NCBI GenBank assembly: GCA_965644295.1
Contig: CBFFRP010000114.1
Location: 9,217 to 73,216, forward strand
Direction of reading: 5' to 3'
Source: Paraphysomonas bandaiensis
Lineage: Eukaryota > Protista > Chrysophyceae
DNA: 64,000 bases
This document shows positions 1 through 10,919 of the stretch, piece after piece (position 1 is the stretch's first letter; the number at the start of each line of letters is the position of its first letter). Position numbers and translations under genes: made by a program. The notes below the pieces were generated by a model that made no database searches, was not told the DNA's origin, and worked only from the letters and a program-made list of their open reading frames with translations.

Positions 1-303
1 AATATGGATACAGTACGCCATGTATGAGGTGTGAGTGTGTGGTGTAGGTGATACATGCATAGCACTACTTCAATACAAATGCCATGATAATAATAAGCAG
101 TGCAATCACATAGTGTAGTGTACATACAAGCATAAATGTAACATAGTATGCACAAAATACAACATATCACCACTGGTGTGAGTCACACTCATTCTCGACG
201 TCCGTAGTCCATTATATGCCCGCTAGAGAATAGAGAGTACGATGGAATAATAGTTGAACGCCACAGCGTTACAGTCCAACAGGATCTACAGAATCGAACT
301 ACG

Positions 304-891
304 ATGCTAAATCAATCTCAATACATACGAGATCTACTCCACAGATTCAACATGCAAGATTGTAAACCACGTAGTCACCCCATGACAACAAATTTCCATA
401 TAGACATTCTCGAAAAGAAACAACTATCCCAAGAAAATCAAGAATTTGTCAGAAATTTTCCTTACAAGGAGCTCATAGGTTCACTTATGTATATTGCTGT
501 GTGCACTAGACCTGATATTGCATATGCTGTAAACACCCTTGCTCGTTTCAGTACTAACCCAAATCTAACTACATGCCTAAACCCCGTACACCACCGACGA
601 ACAAAACATATTGCCATCAGATATCACTTCATAAGAGAACAAGTCGCATCGCACTCTATTATTGTTGATTACATGCCTACAAACGAGATCCTGGCTGGCA
701 TTCTAACTAAACCTCTCACATCAAACACGTTCCACAGATTGCGGGATTCACTAATGGGGGGGGGAGGCATCAACATACCGCTAGCAATAAAAGAACAAAG
801 TATCTATCCCACCGGCAGAAAACTCAACCAAGCGACCACGATGGATGACTTAGAGATCTACGAAGTTTCCCACGAGTATGCTGTATGTTGA
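304..891 (+). mobile_element. Ty1/Copia pol remnant (end of RT + internally deleted RNase H)
   Basis: Motifs PYKELIGSLMYIAVCTRPDIAYAVNTLARF and HRRTKHIAIRYHFIRE...ILTKPL. The normal intervening RNase H N-terminal part is missing. Polypurine tract GAGGGGGAG at 1010-1018. Confidence 0.9.
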
Positions 892-1018
892 CATCAGTGT
901 AATCCACAATCTGTGATTGCACTCGTGGGTTTTACCCTCAGTAGAACTTTCTCCAAATATATACACCTAAATTCACATATCTATGTATACGTCATATGAT
1001 TATTTCATTGAGGGGGAG

Positions 1019-1226
1019 TATTAGGAGTCATTGATTCACGTATATCCCTTAACGCGTGAATACAACACACGTATACAATGAAATACCAAATAGACTGAAT
1101 AATTACCAAACTATACATGATACGCGACTGTACAAGATACGCACATATGTGTGGTGCTAACGCTCTGCTCAAACGTGTCTTGCTATTATACTATTAGGCC
1201 TTATCGTTCAATCTTTATCTCTAATA
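1019..1226 (+). mobile_element. Putative 3' LTR of the Copia remnant with TATTAG...CTAATA termini
   Basis: Starts immediately after the PPT with TATTAG and ends in its reverse complement CTAATA (1221-1226). Confidence 0.6.
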
Positions 1227-1859
1227 ATATCAAGTATATCCTTGCTAAATATCAAGACTAACCTTAAATCTTATTTTTGCAGTTTATGGACATTAGTGTG
1301 ATATCGTTTGAATGGCGATAGTGGCCAAACGGTAAAAAAATGCCGAAATATATAGTGTTCGTAAATCGTGATATTCCAGATATCATAAATATATGGTCGA
1401 ACTAATCCGATTTTCCGAACATTTTATTGTTCGGCAAGCCCGTTATACGGTGATCCAAATATTCGTAAAAGTGGGATATTTATATATTATATTATATTCA
1501 TAAACCAATTAATAAAACTAATAACCTTGTTCAGGTTTTATATAAGTGCCGTGTTGGTCATCATATTCCTTTAATAGCTTTTTTCGTCCTTCAAAAGCTT
1601 TAGTTTTTTCAAGTTGCTCACTTGGTAAGTTTCTATTAATTGGATTAATCGAACTCACTCACTTACCCCACTCATATACGTCTCCACCCAACAACTACCC
1701 TACAACCATGTACTAACCGTAGGCAGGATACACTCACCCCTGATATAGAGGTTATAGAGGACATTATACAGATATGTCACACTATACTATCAAACATATC
1801 ATACCATATAACCACATAACCATCACACATACCTCTGCAGCAGCTTCCTCTTGCTGCCT

Positions 1860-2992
1860 CTACCTCTCAGCCTATACAATCCACATATGATTCCAGTGAG
1901 GTCATACTCTGGTTCTATGAATAGATGAAGCATACAGTACACATACTCACATGTGTGTTTATGATGAGCTCACGCATCGCATCATCTTTAGACACATCAA
2001 CAGGAGTCTCTCCCTCCTGCAAAAACAACAATAAACACTTAAAAAGAAGTGACACAGTGAATCACCGCATAAAATATGAGCCCTTATAACACTGTATGTC
2101 TGTATGTATGTATGTATGTATGTATGTATGTATGTATGGAGGGGTTACTTACATTGTCTCGTATAGTTGTATCTGCCCCTTCTCTTATAAGACACTCAGC
2201 TGTATCTCTGTCACCAAAAATGAGAGCCAAGTGAAGAGCTGTATGACCAACCTATAAAACAATAACAATAATCACATGTGAGCCACATAACACTCTATGT
2301 ATGTATGTATGCATGTAGGTATGTATGTATGTATGTATGTATGTATGTATGTATGTATGTATGTATGTATGTATGCATGTATGTATGTATGTATGTATGT
2401 ATGTATGTATGTATGTATGTATGTATGTACGTATTGAGGGGTTACTTACATCGTCTCGTATAGTTGTATCTGCTCCTGCTCTTATAAGATACTCAGCTAT
2501 ATCTCTGTGACCAAAAATGGCAGCCCTGTGAAGAGCTGTATGACCATCCTATAAAACAATAACAATAATCACATATGAGCCACATAACACTCTATGTATG
2601 TATGTATGTGTGTATGTATGTATGTCTGTATGGAGGGGTTACTTACATTGTTTTGTATAGTGATATCTGCTCCTTCTCTGATAAGATAGTCAGCTAAATC
2701 TCTGTGACCTCCAGAGGCTGCCAAGTGAAGAGCTGTACGACCACCCTATAAAACAATAACAACAATCACATATGAGCCTCATAACACTCTATGTATGTAT
2801 GTATGTATGTATGTATGTATGTATGTATGTACGGAGGGGTTACTTACAGTGTCTCGTATAGTTGTATCTGCTCCTGCTCGTATAAGATACTCAGCTATAT
2901 CTCTGTGACCTCTAGAGCTAGCCTCGTGAAGAGCTGTATAACCAACCTATAAAACAATAATAATAATAATCACATATAGCCTCATAACACTC

Positions 2993-3026
<34 letters not shown>

Positions 3027-3199
3027 TGTATGTATGTACGGAGGGGTTACTTACAGTGTCTCGTATAGTTGTATCTGCTCCTGCTCGTATAAGATACTCA
3101 GCTATATCTCTGTGACCTCTAGAGCTAGCCTCGTGAAGAGCTGTACGACCATCCTATAAAACAATAATAACAATAATCACATATAGCCTCATAACACTC

Positions 3200-3233
<34 letters not shown>

Positions 3234-3803
3234 TGTATGTATGTATGTATGTATGTATGTATGTATGTTTGTATGTATGTATGTTTGTATGTATGTGTGT
3301 ATGTATGTATCTATGTATGTATGTATGTATGTATGTATGTATGTATGTATGTATGTATGTGTGTATGTATGTATCTATGTATGTATGTATGTATGTATGT
3401 ATGTATGTATGTATGTATGTATGTATGTATGTATGTATGTATGTATGTATGTATGTATGGAGGGGTTACTTACATTGTTTTGTATAGTGATATCTGCTCC
3501 TGCTCTTATAAGATAGTCAGTTGTATCTATGTGACCTCCAGAGGCAGCCAAGTGAAGAGCTGTATAACCCCCCTATAAAACAATAAGAATAATCACATAT
3601 GAGTCCTCATAACACTCTAAGTATGTATGTATATATGAGTATGTATGTGTGTATGTATGTATGTATGTATGTATGTATGTATGTATGTATGTATGTATGT
3701 ATGTATGTATGTATGTATGTATGTATGTATGTATGTATGTATGTATGTATGTATGTATGTATGTATGTATGTATGTATGTATGTATGTATGTATGTATGT
3801 ATG

Positions 3804-3835
<32 letters not shown>

Positions 3836-4028
3836 TGTATGTATGTATGTATGTATGTATGTATGTACGGAGGGGTTACTTACAGTGTCTCGTATAGTTG
3901 TATCTGCTCCTGCTCGTATAAGATACTCAGCTATATCTCTGTGACCTCTAGAGCTAGCCTCGTGAAGAGCTGTACGACCATCCTATAAAACAATAATAAC
4001 AATAATCACATATAGCCTCATAACACTC

Positions 4029-4062
<34 letters not shown>

Positions 4063-4628
4063 TGTATGTATGTATGTATGTTTGTATGTATGTATGTTTG
4101 TATGTATGTGTGTATGTATGTATCTATGTATGTATGTATGTATGTATGTATGTATGTATGTATGTATGTATGTATGTGTGTATGTATGTATCTATGTATG
4201 TATGTATGTATGTATGTATGTATGTATGTATGTATGTATGTATGTATGTATGTATGTATGTATGTATGGAGGGGTTACTTACATTGTTTTGTATAGTGAT
4301 ATCTGCTCCTGCTCTTATAAGATAGTCAGTTGTATCTATGTGACCTCCAGAGGCAGCCAAGTGAAGAGCTGTATAACCCCCCTATAAAACAATAAGAATA
4401 ATCACATATGAGTCCTCATAACACTCTAAGTATGTATGTATATATGAGTATGTATGTGTGTATGTATGTATGTATGTATGTATGTATGTATGTATGTATG
4501 TATGTATGTATGTATGTATGTATGTATGTATGTATGTATGTATGTATGTATGTATGTATGTATGTATGTATGTATGTATGTATGTATGTATGTATGTATG
4601 TATGTATGTATGTATGTATGTATGTATG

Positions 4629-4660
<32 letters not shown>

Positions 4661-5172
4661 TGTATGTATGTATGTATGTATGTATGTATGTATGTATGTA
4701 TGTATGTATGTATGTATGTATGTATGTATGTATGTATGTATGTATGTATGTATGTATGTATGTATGTATGTATGTATGTATGTATGTATGTATGTATGTA
4801 TGTATGTATGTATGTATGTATGTATGTGTGTATGTATCGAGGGGTTACTTACATTGTTTCGTATATTGATATCTGCTCCTGCTCTAATAAGATAGTCAGC
4901 TGTATCTCTGTGACCTAGAAAGGCAGCCCAGTGAAGAGCTGTACGACCATCCTATAAAACAATAACAATAATCACATATGAGCCTCATAACACTCTATGT
5001 ATGTATGTATGTATGTATGTATGTATGTATGTATGTATGTATGTATGTATGTATGTATGTGTGTGTGGTTGACCTTATCTTGTTTATTGGTGTTATCACC
5101 CTTCCTAACGCAGTTCCTCACTGCATTGAAGTCACCCCTCTTAGCAGCTGTAATAATATCAGACGACCACAT
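1860..5172 (-). CDS. Ankyrin-repeat protein (~355 aa): N-cap + 9 one-exon ANK repeats + C-cap
   Basis: GT-AG exons on the minus strand: 5074-5172 (MWSSDIITAAKRGD...QDK), then 99-nt exons 4853-4951, 4283-4381, 3884-3982, 3474-3572, 3055-3153, 2848-2946, 2647-2745, 2450-2548 and 2153-2251, each encoding xGxTALHxAxxxGHxDxAxYLIRxGADxxIxxx. Then 1951-2016 (EGETPVDVSKDDAMRELIINTH) and 1860-1871 (AER*). All introns are phase 0 and there are no stops in the repeats. Confidence 0.9.
2095..5065. repeat. (TATG)n microsatellite tracts, one per intron of the ankyrin gene
   Basis: Ten tracts of tens to about 400 bp. Nine are followed on the + strand by GAGGGGTTACTTAC and they are preceded by variants of CTATAAAACAATAACAATAATCACATATGAGCC.CATAACACTCT. 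Confidence 0.98.
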
Positions 5173-5524
5173 ATCTGTATATAGAAGTGAAGTGAAGTGT
5201 ACATATATGTATATGCAGCAGATGTGACTTCACTTTATTGTGATGCTGTCACAAACAACAGAACAAAAAATAGATACCTTCACTGGTGGTGTTTTGCAGA
5301 CTACAGCAGAGTACCTTACGGTGTTTGTTGACAAAATATAGAATAGTGGGGTGATGAAAACCCCCCTTTTCCTTTAGAACCTGACAAAAATCAATTTTTT
5401 ATTTGAAAAGGGGGGTTTCATGACACAACATACTCTATTGGAGTGTACATGCAAGCTAGGAAGGCAGGTACCTATAATGGCCGATTTACTTTTTTTTATT
5501 CGGAATTGGCCGATTTTTATGTGT

Positions 5525-6154
5525 TGAATCACATCAGAACAACCTTAAATCTTACTACAAACCATCCTCACTTACTTACACAAGAACTAAACTATATATA
5601 GTTATATCAGGTAGAGTAAACAGAAATCACTGCTCATGATGACGTTGTCTGATCTGATTTTCATGCAGAATTGATCTTGTATGATGCGAGGACGTCCACA
5701 GCGACCCCGAATCACTCATAAGCATACAGACAGTCGTATGGACGATGTCACACTGCCCCCATTGGAAAAAAGAAATGTATTGATTGAGGTTAAGCGTGCC
5801 AAGCAGTATGGTGTGTTTCCAGTGAATGCACCTCACCAGCGAGAGGTTAATTTGGTGTTAGAGGCTTTTACCGGATCTGCCCAATTGTACGAGAAACTTC
5901 CCCAGTATGACGACTGAAAGTGCGATTCTCAACGCTATCTAATATCCCTGAGGTAGATGTCAAACGGGGCTACAAAGTTTACACCGTTCAGGGGCGTAGG
6001 ACCGGACTCATTGCCAGGGTAATTGATGGCAAGAGTGCTGACTATGTTCTCGCGGAGTACGGTGTCACTATCCGCACCTAGGGGCGGGACATGAACACCA
6101 TTGGGGAGTTGTATGGGCTCACCACGAAGGAGTTCAATGCGTTTTGGATCGATC
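5525..6154 (+). repeat. Dispersed ~620-bp repeat, copy 1, carrying a degenerate ORF (MMRGRPQRPRITHKH...)
   Basis: Closely similar to 46113-46731. Both copies have stops or frameshifts. Confidence 0.85.
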
Positions 6155-7619
6155 CATCGAGCCACTCTGTGCTGCGGGAGGCCATCATTGAGCTGGATTG
6201 CTCCTCGCCTTGTCCTAATGGTTTGCTACACTCCATTGTGGATCGCGATATAATGGCTACGAAGATGGACCTTCAAGATAAAGCTGGATGTGGGTGTGTA
6301 CATGAAAGTGTATGATGTGGATGATAGCATACAGTGTATGGTTTGTAATTGCTTGTGCAGGTATAGCTATGGCTATTCACTTCAACAAAATAATCAATCA
6401 GGCATGAAATGGGTTTACCTCTGACCCCACTCTGTCTGGTTGCATCAAGCAAGCGCTTACTAAGACTTTGACTTGGCCTTTAGTTGATCTCTTGGAGGAA
6501 GAGGAGATGAGACAAGGTGGCTTCTAGCAGTAATATCTCTGGTATGTATGATGTGTATGAGGGGGACATGGACCGTAAAGCATCGCTTCTTTCGGCGCCC
6601 AGGCCTGCCTTTCTCATGAAGCACAGCGAGGAGGACCCAGATATAAAGCGGATTCGTTACCAGGAGGTCAGGCCTTGGGAAACCAACAAGCCCAAGCGAG
6701 GGCAGGAGGGAGCTTGTCAGGTGAGGAGTCAGGATGCAGAACGGGAGGGGGAGGAGTGGACGAGAGGGGTGGCATGCCCAACACCACTACTGGGCAGTGC
6801 TGTCAACGGCCGAGCGTATTGAGGCCTAGATGGCTCGGAAGGAGGAAGGGTGACTAGCTAATGAGCGTCGAAAGGACGACAAGGAGCGGCGCCAGATGGA
6901 AGAATATCACCGGCACGTTGAGGCCTTCGAGTCCCTTTTGGTCCGTGTGCGTGACGAGCGATATGACTGGCGCATGGCCAGCAATGATGTTCTGTAGGTA
7001 GAGAGGTTGTTGCATCGGATGCATATCGAGAGCCAATGGATGTGGAGTAACTTAGTTGTGTTTTTATCTCATTCCTGAGTGTCCTTTATTTCCTTTTGAC
7101 CCTAATTATTTATTTACTTTCTTTTGCTATATTATGCATGATAAGTGCATGCGTAGAATTGCGATCACTTAAGTCCATGCAAAAGTTAAGTATACAAACG
7201 TATTACAAACTACATACCAAAAGTTTATGTCGTATGTATGCTTCTACGTCATCATTTTTATTTTGACCTGTTAATGCTCTATTTTCAAGTGTGGAACATA
7301 ATTGCAAGTGAAACAAACGTAATAAAGTTCAACACTGATGACTACACATTTTTTCTTGATTGCCAAACTAGCCAGTTTCTACGACATAGTCTGTATTATT
7401 GGTGTTGCGCTATCTAACAATAGTATAGCAATATACAATATATTGTTCCCTAGTAGCCCTGACATAGTCCATGTCGGATATTAAGCAAATTTTAATGGGT
7501 GTTATAAAATATAAATTAAGCGGTGGAAATAATTTTAGTAAATATTCAAAATAACAAAACAATTCAAAATAATTTTGATAATGTACCACTTAGCACTCAT
7601 ATACTACTCGACATCAATA

Positions 7620-10053
7620 CAGGGGGATTCGAAATAAACAACTGTCTGATGAATGCTATGCTAAGTTAAGCTAGTTAGCTAGCTAGATGCTCTAGATTAA
7701 TTCATATGAACACTTATATAAAATGCTATCTTGAAATACATGGGCGTTGCTTATTCTAATTTACTTGTACAGTTACACACAAATTACCAAAAAAAATCAT
7801 GATTTTTACCAAATATATATCGAATAGTGAAATAGACACAATTTTGAAAATAGCATATCTGCACGAAATAAACGAATTAGAACGTCATCTATAGCGCAAA
7901 GGAAACACAATGACATAGCAGTGACTATTCTACAGTAATATTTATATTTTTCGATACATATGCCACGTAATTAGGTGTATAAGTACAACTAAACAAACAT
8001 CATGTATGTGTATTCCCGATATAAAAATATTTCAAGAAAATTGAATGAAAATGATAAAAATGATATTGCACCTGTGTAAAGAGTCAAAAAAGCTATCTTG
8101 ATCCGACTTCCCGTTGCTTATTTGAATTTTCTCCGATTTCTACATATCACCAAAAATTAGGTCAAATATATGATATATCCACAGGCGGATATATAGATAC
8201 AAGCATCACACAGACCTTTATAGTGCCCCCTTGCAATTTCTTCTTCTGGTACTAATCCCACTACCACTACTGGACTCTATTTCATCTTCTGGTAGCAATT
8301 CCTCATAAATGAAAAACGATTAGATGGTCATAAGTCGATGTAACCGCCAAACCTGTTGAAATTTTGAAAAAGTCGATTTAAGTTGAATTTATGATACGTA
8401 TTGCAATAATTAGTGTAGTACATGTGAAGAGAACATGTTTGCAATGAAAAATAATAAAAATTATATCACTTGCAGACCAAAAAATGTTGAATGAAACGGT
8501 TACATTATACATAATATGTGTTCTATATAGTGCTATATAATACAAATGTTATTGATTAATTAAATGTACTTACAATCGACAAACAACCAAACTTCTGCCA
8601 CGTTTTCCAGTAAGAATAGATGCAGAATATGCTGCACCAATGTCTGTCAACTCCTGATTGTATAGAAATAAATGAGGAATAACAATACGTATTATTATGT
8701 ATATATTATACCACCTTCATATCGCAACAGGTACTGCAGGATTGCTCGAATATTGCCGTCGTTATCGACCTCTGAACCTCATACATCCCTCTGCCGTTGT
8801 ATGAGTGAACTGTACAACCTAGCTGATATTAGGGTTCTTCACCAAAGCACCAATCTCACTCCTGCGGTACAACTTCATTAGCACTTGTACCGTCGTTGCT
8901 ACAGAGCAAATATACCTTTATCACCGTTATCATCTTATATAGGTAAAACTTCAGTGTCATATCGAAAAATAGAGGTGAAAGGTGCGAAGTTCTTTGCTGT
9001 GGGAACAGTAGCCCTCTCTGATACAGCTCAACGAATTGATAGACTGACAGCACTGAGCCTTTATACTTCACTACATCGGGGTCTCTCCTCCCACTCATCG
9101 GCTATGGTGCCTATGAGTGTCAATGACTTTATTGTTGAGGCGAAAGCGGACAACACAAGACTAAGATATTAACACCAGGACCAACTCGTCAGCCTGCTGT
9201 CACTCATTGACAAGTTCTGTGGTCTCTGTTGTCACAGAGACCCAGAGCGAAGGCATGATATAGGCACTTCCTGCCGCTTCCGTTAATCCTGCAGATAACT
9301 TGTTCTCCCTCGCCTTGAGAGCTTATTCTGCATACCAACTTCCATCCACCCCTCCACAGTTCGTTTTCATGTGGTTGACACAATGGTTCTTGAAACAGGA
9401 GTGATATTACGTCTGTATTCAACGTATATTACAAGGCATAGTCAACATCTACACAAAGCCGTTACCTCGACATAACACCTCCGACGACATCAAACTCAGA
9501 CCAAAACGCAAGTAGAGGGATACCCAATAAATGAATAGACAGATATCTGATGGCAGATCTCATTCGCAGTCATATCAGCTGCGTGTGTGCGCTGCTCTGT
9601 GCTGATGTGAACAGAGACCGTCGAAGCAGTCTGAATATGCTGACTGCACAGAGCCTTTCGGCCCCTCTCCAGATCGAATAAAATACTCTGATCGCTGTTC
9701 CTCAGTCCCCGAGGGCTCAGAGAGGAGTCTCGTCCCTCCTTCCTCTTGCTGTGTGCTCATCTCTGTGATTCTCATCCGATGGATATGGCTGCTCTCTCTT
9801 CCCTCTTGTTAGGCCTAATAGGGTTATGAGATATGCATATGGTCACATGAACTTACGCTGATCTCGTGTGTTGTTATTGTGGGGGTGGGAGCATCGTATG
9901 AGGGGTGTGGATGATGTGTGTGTGATGCTTGTCTTAAGAGGGATAACATACCATCAAAACACCATCAAAATCAAAATATGATGAAAAAAGTTCAAAAAAA
10001 AGTATTTTTGAAAAAAAAAACTGAAATCTGTCGTTTATTTCGAATCCCCCCTG
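7620..10053. mobile_element. Non-autonomous Tc1/mariner-like TIR element
   Basis: TA|CAGGGGGATTCGAAATAAAC at 7618-7639 and GTTTATTTCGAATCCCCCCTG|TA ending at 10053-10055. No recognisable transposase ORF inside. Confidence 0.7.
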
Positions 10054-10919
10054 TATATAAGATGATAGCGGTGATAAAGGAGACGTTTTTTGACAAAGCG
10101 GACCAGTCTGGTCCCACTTTATTTTTTTGTATTGCGTTTTTTCGTATGGAACATGAGTGTAGAGCTTTGAAATTGTAGTCAAAATGAGTACAATTTTTTT
10201 ATTTCGAGTGGGACCAAATACAGTCCGACAAGTGGAGGGCTGGTCCACTTTGTCAAAAAACGTCTCAAAGGTATATATGCTGAGTAGCCACGGTACAAGA
10301 AGTGCTAATGAAATTGTACCGCAGGAGTTTGAGATTGGTGCTTCGGTGAAGAACACTTTTATCAGCTAGATTGTACAGTTCACTCATACAGCGGCAGCGG
10401 GACGTATGAGGTTCATGTCAATAACGACCGATATTCGAACAATGCTGCAGTACCTGTTGCGATATGAAGGTGGTGTATATACATGATAATAAGTATTGTT
10501 ATTCCTCATTTATTTCTATGCAATCAGGAGTTGACAGACACTGGTGCAGTATATACTTACTGGAAAACGTGACATATGTATCGAAAAATATAAATATTAC
10601 TGTAGAATAGTCACTGTTATGCCATTGTGTCTTGTTTGCGCTGTATATGATGTTCTCATTTGATTCTTTTGTATAGATATGTTATTTTCAATTATGTCTA
10701 TTTCACTATTCGATATTATATATATTATGGTAATAACATGATTTTTTTTGGTAATTTGTGTGTAACTGTACAAGTATATTAGAATAAGAAACGCCCATGT
10801 ATTTCACGATAGCATTTTATATAAGTGTCCATATGAATTTATCTAGAGCATCTAGCTAGCTAACTAGCTTAACTTAGCATAGCATTCATCAGACAGTTGT
10901 TTATATCGAATCCGCTCTG
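10054..10919 (-). mobile_element. Inverted partial copy of the left part of the 7620-10053 element
   Basis: The reverse complement aligns with 7620-7968 + 8596-8941. It has its own TIR ending at 10919, followed by TA. Confidence 0.85.
10080..10266. mobile_element. 187-bp MITE with GAG...CTC termini and 4-bp TSD (Sola-like)
   Basis: TIRs GAGACGTTTTTTGACAAAGCGGACCAG / CTGGTCCACTTTGTCAAAAAACGTCTC. AAAG is duplicated at 10076-10079 and 10267-10270. The empty site is visible in the paralogous arm near 8915. Confidence 0.85.

Noticed and set aside
2100-5070. CRISPR-like repeat/spacer appearance
   Set aside because: The units are GT-AG-bounded ankyrin exons in a eukaryotic context, and there are no cas genes.
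2278-5227. Plus-strand MYVC-repeat ORFs
   Set aside because: These are translations of stop-free (TATG)n. The real gene is spliced on the minus strand.
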